Source: Candidatus Iainarchaeum sp. (GTDB lineage Archaea > Iainarchaeota > Iainarchaeia > Iainarchaeales > JACQJH01). From it: DNA of 32,000 nucleotides. The notes under the pieces are model-generated. The model was not told where the DNA came from. It searched no databases and saw only the letters and a list, made by a program, of their open reading frames with translations. Both the position numbers and the translations under genes were made by a program. The stretch covers positions 150,001 through 182,000 of the forward strand of contig JACQJH010000001.1 of assembly GCA_016205145.1 (NCBI GenBank), read 5' to 3'. Below, one piece after another: positions 16,224-23,503 of the stretch (positions within the stretch are counted from its first letter, which is position 1; the number at the start of each line of letters is the position of its first letter).

Positions 16224-16616
16224 TCAGTAAACGTATGCCAGCAGCCTTCCGCCGAGGCCCTGAGTTTTCGCGTCCATGTGCGTCAAAACGCCTTTCGGGG
16301 TCGTAACGATTATTATGCCCACATCCTTTGCCGGCAGGTACCGTTTCTCGAACTTTTCGAACTCGTCCTTCTTGACCGCGTACCTCGGCTTTATCGCCTT
16401 GCACTCGTTGATTTTTCCGCGAAGCTTGATTTTCAGCCTGTCGCCTTTCCTGTCCTCCAAAAAATCAAAGCCCTCGATGTAGCCCTTTTCCTGCATCACC
16501 CTGAATATTTCCTTCAAAAGCTTTGACCCAGGCTTGAACTCGCATTCCTTTTTTGAAGCCTGATCGCTGTTCTTGACTGCAACCAGTGCATCTGCTATCG
16601 GGTCAATCATTGTCAT
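16224..16616 (-). CDS. rps8: 30S ribosomal protein uS8
   Basis: Trimmed to ATG 16616 (MTMIDPIADALVAVKNSDQASKKECEF.PGSKLLKEIFRVMQEKGYIEGF...GIIIVTTPKGVLTHMDAKTQGLGGRLLAYVY). Confidence 0.95.
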   Translation of the reverse strand: MTMIDPIADALVAVKNSDQASKKECEFKPGSKLLKEIFRVMQEKGYIEGFDFLEDRKGDRLKIKLRGKINECKAIKPRYAVKKDEFEKFEKRYLPAKDVGIIIVTTPKGVLTHMDAKTQGLGGRLLAYVY

Positions 16617-16630
16617 GGCTTTCCACCCCT

Positions 16631-16813
16631 TCAACTGTACTTTGAGAACCCCATCTTCTCCGCGACTTCCTTGAAGCAGCGCCTGCAAATGTTCAAACCA
16701 TACTTCCTTATCAGGCCGGCCCTGACGCCGCACATCTTGCACTTCCTCGCCTTCTTCTCGGCCTTCAAGTCCTTCTTCTGCCTTTCATTGCTGCCTGAGT
16801 TCATTGCGCTCAT
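16631..16813 (-). CDS. rps14: 30S ribosomal protein uS14 (zinc-binding type)
   Basis: ...[40 protein letters not shown]. Confidence 0.93.
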   Translation of the reverse strand: MSAMNSGSNERQKKDLKAEKKARKCKMCGVRAGLIRKYGLNICRRCFKEVAEKMGFSKYS

Positions 16814-16934
16814 TGCACTTCAACCCCGAGCCGATTTCGTCCGGCTGGTTCGACGACGGGTATCTCGCTTTGCTCGATACCCATCTGCGCCGTACTGTAA
16901 AATTCAATTTTTTTCATTGCACGTCCACCCCGAA
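16811..16934 (-). repeat. Family-2 intergenic insert splitting the L5-stop/S14-start junction, flanked by a 20-nt duplication
   Basis: cattgcacttcaaccccgag (16811-16830, carries the S14 ATG) versus cattgcacgtccaccccgaa (16915-16934, carries the L5 TGA): 17/20 identical. The insert carries hairpin agccg-atttcgtc-cggct (16829-16846) and blocks shared with 22950-23048. Confidence 0.75.
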
Positions 16935-17426
16935 TTTTTCCCTCAAAAACGCCATCGCTTCCTCTTTCGAGACAAGCTGCCTTTTTCCGACAACGGCTTT
17001 TTTCCTTTTTCTCCTTTTGACCCTGTAACCGGGCTTTTCCAGTGAAACCAAAACATCCAGGCCGCGGATTCCGAGTTTCGGGTCGTACTTTGCCTGGGGC
17101 AGGTCAATGTATTCGCTTATGCCGAAACCGAAGTTGCCGGCGCGGTCAAAGCTTTTTGCCATTATCTTGTTGTCCTTTGCCTGGAATGCCTGCTTCAGGA
17201 ATTCCTGCGCCTTTTTGCCCCTCAGCGTAACCTTTGTCCCTATTGGAAGGCCCGGCTTCAGGTTCCATGTGGGCTGCTTGACCTTTGCAAGCGTCTGCAC
17301 TGACTTGCTGCCGGTGATTTTCTCAATTATCTGCTGCGCCTTCTTGAGCTCTTCGCCAGACTCGCCGACACCCATGTTGACCGTAACGGCGAATACCCTT
17401 ACATTGCGCATTGCGTTTTCCTGCAT
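16914..17426 (-). CDS. rpl5: 50S ribosomal protein uL5
   Basis: MQENAMRNVRVFAVTVNMGVGESGEELKKA...PGLPIGTKVTLRGKKAQEFL...GNFGFGISEYIDLP..KYDPKLGIRGLDVLVSLEKPGYRV. ATG 17426 shares one nt with the S4e stop. Confidence 0.95.
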   Translation of the reverse strand: MQENAMRNVRVFAVTVNMGVGESGEELKKAQQIIEKITGSKSVQTLAKVKQPTWNLKPGLPIGTKVTLRGKKAQEFLKQAFQAKDNKIMAKSFDRAGNFGFGISEYIDLPQAKYDPKLGIRGLDVLVSLEKPGYRVKRRKRKKAVVGKRQLVSKEEAMAFLREKFGVDVQ

Positions 17427-18145
17427 CAAATCCCCTCTAATTCAGGCCGGGTTTCACCGACAACGAAGATGTTCGCCTCGTTTGTCAGGAATTCCTCTCC
17501 TTCGGACGGCTTGACTGCGATGAGCTTTCTCCTTGTCATCGTTCCCTCTGAAACCTTTGTGATTATGCCCTTGAGCCCCACTTTTTTTCCGCCGATTATG
17601 AATGCTATGTTGCCTTCCTTCATGGCAAGGCTGCCTGAAACCTTCTGGCCCGGCACTTCAACAATGATGGTGTCCCCGACCCTGACATCCTTATTTATTC
17701 CGCGGAAATTCCTGCCGTCGTTTGTCGTTATCTGCTGCTCTTTTCCTTTTATGGTGAACTTCCTTACAACCTTGCACAGCTTTTTGCCCTTTTCCTTGTC
17801 GCTGATTTCTTTTGGCAGGAGCTGGCCCGAATCATTGAGAATAATCCTGTAATTCTTTTTCTGGCCCTTGAGCGAGACAACGTCGAACAATCCGACCGGA
17901 TGCCTTTTGTCCGTCACGGCCTTTCCGTCAACCTCGACTTTGCCCGCAAAAATTATCTGCTGGGCCTCGGACGCGTTCCTGGCTATTCCAAGAAGGTCCC
18001 TTGCGACAAAAAGCAGGGGCACGGAATTCTTGTTGTGCGGTCCCGCTTCCGCCTTGACCGTCCACAGATTTTTTTTCCTGTGGATTTTCCTCGCCTTGCT
18101 CACGCTGAGGGTTTTCTGCTGCCGTCTTTCGCCTTTTTTCGCCAT
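17426..18145 (-). CDS. rps4e: 30S ribosomal protein eS4 (S4e)
   Basis: Trimmed to ATG 18145 (MAKKGERRQQKTLSVSKARKIHRKKNLWTVKAEAGPHNKNSVPLLFVARDLLGIARNASEAQQIIFAGKVEVDGKAVTDKRHPVGLFDVVSL). Confidence 0.95.
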   Translation of the reverse strand: MAKKGERRQQKTLSVSKARKIHRKKNLWTVKAEAGPHNKNSVPLLFVARDLLGIARNASEAQQIIFAGKVEVDGKAVTDKRHPVGLFDVVSLKGQKKNYRIILNDSGQLLPKEISDKEKGKKLCKVVRKFTIKGKEQQITTNDGRNFRGINKDVRVGDTIIVEVPGQKVSGSLAMKEGNIAFIIGGKKVGLKGIITKVSEGTMTRRKLIAVKPSEGEEFLTNEANIFVVGETRPELEGI

Positions 18146-18158
18146 AAACACACCCTGC

Positions 18159-18536
18159 TCATTCTTTCTTTTTCTTAACCTTGCTTTCCTTTTTTTCCTT
18201 GAACCTTTTCCTGTCCTTAGAATCGGTCTCGACAATGATTATGTTCGACGGCCTGATTCTCAACGGCACTTCCTTGCCGTCCGCCTTTTTCCTGACAAGC
18301 TTTTCAATGAAAACGAAATTTTTCCTGTAGTTCACTTCCGTTACTTTGCCTTCATGACCCTTGTGCGCGCCCCTTTCGACTTTTGCCTTGTCGCCTTCCT
18401 TAACTATGATCGTCCTCTTGCCGATTTCTTTCCGGAGTTCCTTTGCGACGGGCGCGGAGCACTGCTTCTGCAGTTCGTGCAGCCTGCTTTCAAAGAACCT
18501 TTTCCTTGCCTTTCCGGGCTTTTTCGATTTTGCCAT
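18159..18536 (-). CDS. rpl24: 50S ribosomal protein uL24
   Basis: ...RTIIVKEGDKAKVERGAHKGHEGKVTEVNYRKNFVFIEKLVRKKADGKEVPLRIRPSNIIIV (KOW motif). Confidence 0.93.
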   Translation of the reverse strand: MAKSKKPGKARKRFFESRLHELQKQCSAPVAKELRKEIGKRTIIVKEGDKAKVERGAHKGHEGKVTEVNYRKNFVFIEKLVRKKADGKEVPLRIRPSNIIIVETDSKDRKRFKEKKESKVKKKKE

Positions 18537-18603
18537 AAAACATCAACGCTTTCTTTTCCCGCTTCCTTCCGGTTCATTCCTTCATTTCGCATTTCTTTTT
18601 TTT

Positions 18604-19002
18604 TCAGATGACCGCGGATGCCATGCCCGCTATTTTTGGCCAGCGCTCGCCGACTTCCTTTGCCACGACGCCCTTTATTTCGGACGCCTTGGGAAGGCCC
18701 TTCTCGTCGACCAGAACAACGGCATTGTCCTCAAACTTTACCCTCAGGCCGTTCGCCCTCCGGTATTCCTTTGCAACCCTCACAATCACTGCTTTTTCTA
18801 CTTTTTTCCTGATTTCTGGCTTTCCTTTCTGCACAACGACTATGACAAAGTCGGCTATGCCCGCGCTGGGCGACCGTCTCTTCTTTCCCTTGAAGCCCTT
18901 GACCGCGATTATTTCCACGACCTTTGCGCCCGAGTTGTCGGTGCAAAAGCACATGCTTTTCAACAGAAGGCTTTTCGCCCTGTTCGCGCTGATCGGCTTC
19001 AT
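18604..19002 (-). CDS. rpl14: 50S ribosomal protein uL14
   Basis: ...LLKSMCFCTDNSGAKVVEIIAVKGFKGKKRRSPSAGIADFVIVVVQKGKPEIRKKVEKAVIVR...FEDNAVVLVDEKGLPKASEIKGVVAKEV. Confidence 0.95.
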   Translation of the reverse strand: MKPISANRAKSLLLKSMCFCTDNSGAKVVEIIAVKGFKGKKRRSPSAGIADFVIVVVQKGKPEIRKKVEKAVIVRVAKEYRRANGLRVKFEDNAVVLVDEKGLPKASEIKGVVAKEVGERWPKIAGMASAVI

Positions 19003-19358
19003 TGCTTCTCGCCCCTTTTCAGAACTTCAAGCACGACAAAACTTTTGGTCTTGCTCAACTGCCTTGTTTCCCCGACCTTTACCGTGTCCCCTTCTTTTGC
19101 GTTCAGGCTGTCGGGATTGTGAGCGTAAATCTTTGACCTGCTTTTCTTGAACCTTTCATACTTCTGCACGTAATGCACTATGTCCCTTTGAACCGTGACG
19201 GTCTTCTGCGCCTTAGCGCTCTTGACGATGCCGACAAAAACATTGCCCCTGACAGAAAACTTTTCCCCGCCTTTCGGCCCCGCAGCCGCGGCCTTCGCCT
19301 CGGGCTTTTCCTTTTCCCGCGCGGCTTTTCCGGCCTTAGCTTCCGCCTTTTTCGTCAT
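18999..19358 (-). CDS. rps17: 30S ribosomal protein uS17
   Basis: ...VRGNVFVGIVKSAKAQKTVTVQRDIVHYVQKYERFKKSRSKIYAHNP.SLNAKEGDTVKVGETRQLSKTKSFVVLEV. ATG 19358 lies 8 nt after GGAGG and forms an ATGA overlap with the Rpp29 stop. In-frame ATGs at 19364 and 19376 are alternatives. Confidence 0.9.
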   Translation of the reverse strand: MTKKAEAKAGKAAREKEKPEAKAAAAGPKGGEKFSVRGNVFVGIVKSAKAQKTVTVQRDIVHYVQKYERFKKSRSKIYAHNPDSLNAKEGDTVKVGETRQLSKTKSFVVLEVLKRGEKQ

Positions 19359-19654
19359 GTGCATTTCCTCCAGCATTCCTTTGACCTGTCTTCCGGCCTG
19401 AACGCCAAAGCCCTGCCTTCCAGCACGGCTTTCTCATTGCCGAGGGAAAACCCGAAGGTCGCCTCTTTTTTGGGAACCTTTTTTTCGGTTCCGCCGCTTT
19501 CAATCACAAAAACGTTTTTCGTCTCGTCTACAACCCTGCCTTTCAATCCAATTCTTCCCGCGTCGGAGCTCTCCAATACCTCGACGTCCAGGCCGATCAG
19601 CTCGTGGCACGCAAGGTTTTTTTGCGAAATGCAGTAATGTTCGGTTTTGATCAT
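19355..19654 (-). CDS. rnp1: RNase P protein component 1 (Rpp29/Pop4)
   Basis: ...NLACHELIGLDVEVLESSDAGRIGLKGRVVDETKNVFVIESGGTEKKVPKKEATFGFSL...LEGRALAFRPEDRSKE. Start uncertain: ATG 19654 is preferred (GTGA SD-like motif, A-rich upstream); 19699 (ATG) and 19744 (TTG) are also possible. Confidence 0.85.
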   Translation of the reverse strand: MIKTEHYCISQKNLACHELIGLDVEVLESSDAGRIGLKGRVVDETKNVFVIESGGTEKKVPKKEATFGFSLGNEKAVLEGRALAFRPEDRSKECWRKCT

Positions 19655-19740
19655 TTTTTCACATTCCAAATTTTTTTCATCCAAGCATTTTCTTTTCATT
19701 TTCCCATTCGTTTTTTTCCCAAACCCAATTTTTTTCCGTT

Positions 19741-20043
19741 TCAAGCGTCAATCTGTTCGTCCTTGTAGCCCTGCTCGAGCAGAACCTTTTTCGCCTTGTC
19801 CCTGTGGTTTCCCTGCAGTTCTATTTCATCGCCTTTTATCGTGCCGCCGCATGCAAGCCTTTTCTTGAGGTTCATTGCCAGCTCGTGGATGTCAATGTCC
19901 TTTCCGATGCCGCTTACCGTCGTGACAACCTTTCCGAACCTTCGCCTGTCGATCCTTATCTTTATTTTCTGCGATTCCTTTGCGATTTCAACGCAGACGC
20001 AGATGTTTTTCGGCAGGCCGCATTTCGGGCAGATTCCCTCCAT
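19741..20043 (-). CDS. Translation initiation factor aSUI1/aIF1
   Basis: MEGICPKCGLPKNICVCVEIAKESQKIKIRIDRRRFGKVVTTVSGIGKDIDIHELAMNLKKRLACGGTIKGDEIELQGNHRDKAKKVLLEQGY. Confidence 0.93.
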   Translation of the reverse strand: MEGICPKCGLPKNICVCVEIAKESQKIKIRIDRRRFGKVVTTVSGIGKDIDIHELAMNLKKRLACGGTIKGDEIELQGNHRDKAKKVLLEQGYKDEQIDA

Positions 20044-20045
20044 TG

Positions 20046-20330
20046 TTATTCCTTCACCTCAGATTTTCCCCTAGCTTTTTCCTTTCCAATCTTTTCCTTT
20101 TTCGCTTTCTTCGCTGTTTCCGGCTTCGCCTTTTCCGCAAGGCTTATTTTAGTGAACAATCTTGCGATGTTTTTCCTCAGATTTTTTATTTTTCCCGGGT
20201 TCGAGGCCTTTGTTCCGGACGCGACAACCGCCCTCTCTTTCGCAAGCTCGTTCTTGAATTCAAAAATCTTCTGCCTGGCATCCCCGACAGTAAGCTCGCT
20301 TGCCTCAATCCTTGCGCTTTTTTTCGCCAT
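20046..20330 (-). CDS. rpl29: 50S ribosomal protein uL29
   Basis: MAKKSARIEASELTVGDARQKIFEFKNELAKERAVVASGTKASNPGKIKNLRKNIARL. ATG 20330 follows GTGAT. Confidence 0.9.
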   Translation of the reverse strand: MAKKSARIEASELTVGDARQKIFEFKNELAKERAVVASGTKASNPGKIKNLRKNIARLFTKISLAEKAKPETAKKAKKEKIGKEKARGKSEVKE

Positions 20331-20336
20331 CAAAAA

Positions 20337-21305
20337 TCACTTCTGTTCCCCGGCTTCAGTTTCTTGTTCCTTGGGTTTTTTTTCGCTTGCTGTGCCTTTT
20401 CCCGCTTTCTCGTGCCTGGGCTTTTCCGCTTTATCCTTCTGCCCTTCCGGCGCGCTTTCCTTTGCGGTTTTTGTCCCGGCGCTTTTTTCCTTTACCGTTT
20501 CAGCTGCCTCTGCGTTTTCAGGCTTTTTTTCCTTTTGCTTTGCCGCCTTCTCCTTTTTTTCCTTCGGCTTTTCTTTTTCCTTCTCTTCGGCCTTTTCTTC
20601 AACTGCTTCCGTTTTTTCCTCGTTCAGTTCAATCTTCTTTCCGGCTTCCTCTTTCGCCCTGGCCTCGTGCTCGGCCAGCTTTTCTTCCGCCTCGAACTTC
20701 CTCTGCTCGATTATCTTTTTCACGCTGATTTTGTCCGGGAAGAGAACGCCCGGCCTGATTATGCGCAGCTTTATGCCGATTGCGCCCGGTTTCGGATAAG
20801 CGTCTGCCTTTGCGTAGTCGACAAGCTTTACCTGGTCGCCGACCTTTTTCATGTAACCCATTGCAATGCGCTGTTTCTTTTTCCTTCCGCCCTTTCCCGC
20901 AAGCTTTCCTGAAAGTATGAGCTCTATGCCCTGCGCGCCCTTTTCGGAAATGCTCCTGACTGTCTTGAATGCAATGCTTCTCCACGAGAAGCCGCGTTCA
21001 AGCAGGTTCTTGACCTTGTCCGCCATAGCCTTCGCGTCAAGCTCCACTTCCCTTATCTCCTGGATTTCAATCTGGGGATTCTGGATTCCGAACTTTTCCT
21101 CGATGTCCTTTGTCAACTGCCTGATGTTCTGGCCGCCCTTTCCGATTGCAAGGCCCGGCCTGGTCACGTGCAGAACGATTCTCGTGACAAGCGGCGTTTT
21201 CACGACTTCAAGCATTGTAAAGCCCGCCTTGTCAAGCTCTTTCCTGAGATAGCGCTCAAGCTCTATTTTCTTGTAGTTCTGCTGCAAAAAATACCTTTCA
21301 ATCAT
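20337..21305 (-). CDS. rps3: 30S ribosomal protein uS3 with about 125-aa Lys/Glu-rich C-terminal extension
   Basis: KH domain (LEVVKTPLVTRIVLHVTRPGLAIGKGGQNIRQLTKDIEEKFG) plus the uS3 C-domain (...GIELILSGKLAGKGGRKKKQRIAMGYMKKVGD...). Residues about 197-322 are low-complexity KE/A. Confidence 0.95.
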   Translation of the reverse strand: MIERYFLQQNYKKIELERYLRKELDKAGFTMLEVVKTPLVTRIVLHVTRPGLAIGKGGQNIRQLTKDIEEKFGIQNPQIEIQEIREVELDAKAMADKVKNLLERGFSWRSIAFKTVRSISEKGAQGIELILSGKLAGKGGRKKKQRIAMGYMKKVGDQVKLVDYAKADAYPKPGAIGIKLRIIRPGVLFPDKISVKKIIEQRKFEAEEKLAEHEARAKEEAGKKIELNEEKTEAVEEKAEEKEKEKPKEKKEKAAKQKEKKPENAEAAETVKEKSAGTKTAKESAPEGQKDKAEKPRHEKAGKGTASEKKPKEQETEAGEQK

Positions 21306-21311
21306 TGCCCA

Positions 21312-21782
21312 TCACTTTGCCTCGATCACTACTATTTCAAGGTGCGTCGACTTCCTTTCGCGCATCCTCCCCGAAATGTGCCCTTTCGGCTGCATTGCGG
21401 TTCTCCTGATGCCCTGCGTTGCAAGCGCGTCAATCACCATAAGCTTTTCCGTGTCCAATCCTTTCGCATCAGCGTTGGCTTTCACGCCTTTCAGCAGGTC
21501 AAGGAATTCCCTGCACGCCTTTTCCGGGAACCTTCCGGCCTTCACTGCATGCACTCCTCTGCCTTTCCTGTGCGCGACCTTTCTCTTGTATTTCTGCAAT
21601 GGCACGTAATCAGAGTGTTCGATTACCCTCTGCAGGAACGCTTCGGCCTTCTTCACGGGCTTTCCCTTTATCTCGCGGCAGATTTCCACTGCAAATTTTG
21701 TGGAAATGCGCCTGTTCGAACCAATGGCGCGCGCGGCCTTCTTGTTTTCCGCGTGCCTGCTGTGGTAATCCGTCTTAGCCAT
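21312..21782 (-). CDS. rpl22: 50S ribosomal protein uL22
   Basis: ...RISTKFAVEICREIKGKPVKKAEAFLQRVIE....VPLQKYKRKVAHRKG...AGRFPEKACREFLDLLKGVKANA...THLEIVVIE. Confidence 0.93.
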   Translation of the reverse strand: MAKTDYHSRHAENKKAARAIGSNRRISTKFAVEICREIKGKPVKKAEAFLQRVIEHSDYVPLQKYKRKVAHRKGRGVHAVKAGRFPEKACREFLDLLKGVKANADAKGLDTEKLMVIDALATQGIRRTAMQPKGHISGRMRERKSTHLEIVVIEAK

Positions 21783-21788
21783 GAATGT

Positions 21789-22190
21789 TCATCCTCTCGC
21801 TGTTATAGCAGTCGACGACTTGGTCGCGCCGATTCCCGCCTTTCCGTGCGACAGCCTCTTCCTCGTCATTGCCATTTCGCCAAGGCAGTGGCCGAGCATT
21901 TTCGGGCTGATTTCGACTATTTCAAACGTGTTTCCCCTATGCACTGCAATGCGCACGCCAACCATTCCCGGAATGATTATTGCGGAGCGCAACTGCGTTC
22001 TTATCGGCTTCGGCTCTTTTCCTTTCGCCTTTTCCGCCAAAGCCTTTTCAACTTTTTTCAGAAGCTTCTTGTCAACCCCGCGTTTGAGGCTTCTCCTCGC
22101 CCTCGCGCTGACAAGCCGTGAAAACTCCTCAATGCCCATCGCCTGCAGTTCTTCAAGGCTTTTTCCCAGATACTTTTCTTCTTTCGCCAT
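21789..22190 (-). CDS. rps19: 30S ribosomal protein uS19
   Basis: ...IRTQLRSAIIIPGMVGVRIAVHRGNTFEIVEISPKMLGHCLGEMAMTRKRLSHGKAGIGATKSS. Confidence 0.95.
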   Translation of the reverse strand: MAKEEKYLGKSLEELQAMGIEEFSRLVSARARRSLKRGVDKKLLKKVEKALAEKAKGKEPKPIRTQLRSAIIIPGMVGVRIAVHRGNTFEIVEISPKMLGHCLGEMAMTRKRLSHGKAGIGATKSSTAITARG

Positions 22191-22226
22191 ATAGTGTCGC
22201 CCGTCATCCCTTCAAACTTACAGCAT

Positions 22227-22949
22227 TCAAAGCTTCTTCTTCCTTCCGGTCCTGCGCGATGCGATTGCGCCGACTTTCCTTCCCGCCGGGGCGCTCCTTG
22301 CAGTGCTCTTCGACTGTCCAGGATGGTGCTGTGCGCCGCCGAACGGGTGGCTCACAGGATTCATTGCAACTCCCCTGACAGTCGGATACCTCAAATGCTT
22401 GGACCTTTTCGCAAAATACGCGACGCCCGCCTTGATCAGCGGTTTTTCGGTGCGTCCGCCGCAAGAAATGTTGCCGACAGTTGCGCGCGCGTCAATAGGA
22501 AAAACGCCGTTCTTGCCTGAAGGCATTTTGACAACCGCTTTTTTCCCGTCCTTTGACACAAGCAAAGCATAACTGCCGCCGGTTTTAACGGAAACCCCGC
22601 CGTCGCCTGAAACCTTTTCAATGTTGAAAACCGGGCAGCCCTCCGGCACGGAAAACAAAGGCAATACATTGCCAATTTCCACTGATGCATCCTTTCCCTG
22701 CTGGAGCTTCTGTCCCACAAAAACGCCTTCCGCCGCGACAATCAGTTCCCTTTCGCCGTTTTCAAGCATGACGTCGGCGAGAATGCTGTTCCTGCCGGAA
22801 TCCTTTACAAGGTCCATTACCTGGCCGACAAGCACTCCGCCTGTTTCAGCGCCGGTTTTCGCAGCATACCTTGTGTCAAGCCTGTTCCTAGTCGCAAGGA
22901 ACGGCAGCGTTCCCTTTCCCCTTCTCTGTTGAATCAGGCTTTTTCCCAT
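22227..22949 (-). CDS. rpl2: 50S ribosomal protein uL2
   Basis: MGKSLIQQRRGKG...LPLFSVPEGCPVFNIE..SGDGG...GGRTEKPLIKAGVAYFAKRSKHLRYPTVRGVAMNPVSHPFGGAQHHPG. Confidence 0.96.
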   Translation of the reverse strand: MGKSLIQQRRGKGTLPFLATRNRLDTRYAAKTGAETGGVLVGQVMDLVKDSGRNSILADVMLENGERELIVAAEGVFVGQKLQQGKDASVEIGNVLPLFSVPEGCPVFNIEKVSGDGGVSVKTGGSYALLVSKDGKKAVVKMPSGKNGVFPIDARATVGNISCGGRTEKPLIKAGVAYFAKRSKHLRYPTVRGVAMNPVSHPFGGAQHHPGQSKSTARSAPAGRKVGAIASRRTGRKKKL

Positions 22950-23048
22950 CGTTTCACCACGGCGATTTCGTCCGCCGAGTCCGACGCACTATGCTCCTTT
23001 CAGTCGCATAGCGCTGGCTCGCGTTGCTCGCATTCTATAACCATCTTT
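22950..23048 (-). repeat. Family-2 intergenic insert between L23 and L2
   Basis: Shares with 16831-16913 the hairpin loop atttcgtc (stem cggcg/cgccg, 22960-22977), the block ctcgcgttgctcg (23018-23030, versus ctcgctttgctcg 16864-16876) and ataaccatct (versus atacccatct). Also has its own hairpin gcactatgc...gcatagcgc (22986-23013). Confidence 0.7.
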
Positions 23049-23495
23049 TTAGATTACTCCCATCTTTGTGGCAATCTCGTCTGCCTTGAATTCCTTGTTG
23101 ACCTTCACAATCGCCTTTTTTCTTCCCTTCAAATCGTTGATAATCCTTATTGCCCCGACCTTTATGCCGTACAGTTCCTGCACAGCCTTTTTCACGGACT
23201 GCTTTGTAGCTTTCCTGCTCACGATAAACGACAGCTTGTTCTGGGTTTCAATCATGCCGACCGCTTTTTCAGTTATCAGCGGGTACAACACGATTTCAAA
23301 ATCCTTCAAACCCTGTTCAGCGGAAACCTTCTGCTCAAAGCCTTCCCCGGCTTCGGCTTTTTTTGCCTTCCTGGCCTTCACTGCAGGCTGTTCAACTGCG
23401 GCTGCCTTTCTCGCCTTCGCCTTGACGGCTGATTTTGCCGCGGCTTTCTTCGCCTTTTTTACCGCCTGTGCAGCCTGCTTTTTGACTTTTGCCAT
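23049..23495 (-). CDS. rpl23: 50S ribosomal protein uL23 with about 60-aa Ala/Lys-rich N-terminal extension
   Basis: ...LYPLITEKAVGMIETQNKLSFIVSRKATKQSVKKAVQELYGIKVGAIRIINDLKGRKKAIVKV. ATG 23495 follows AGGTGA; the ORF-track start at 23507 is GTG. Confidence 0.92.
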   Translation of the reverse strand: MAKVKKQAAQAVKKAKKAAAKSAVKAKARKAAAVEQPAVKARKAKKAEAGEGFEQKVSAEQGLKDFEIVLYPLITEKAVGMIETQNKLSFIVSRKATKQSVKKAVQELYGIKVGAIRIINDLKGRKKAIVKVNKEFKADEIATKMGVI

Positions 23496-23503
23496 AAAAA
23501 TTT

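Noticed and set aside
19804-20912. Long plus-strand ORFs (331 aa and 310 aa) opposite uS3/uL29. Similar plus-strand ORFs lie at 8260-9036, 9149-9961, 13276-14115, 21168-22121 and 23522-24322.
   Set aside because: They are antisense shadows of confidently identified minus-strand ribosomal-protein genes. Translations are low-complexity F/L/S/C-rich with no domain-like pattern.
22986-23064. Possible target duplication for the L23/L2 insert (AAGATGGGA near the L23 stop versus ACGATGGGA at the L2 start).
   Set aside because: Only about 9 nt match convincingly, which is too short to separate from chance. No flanking duplication is claimed at this locus.
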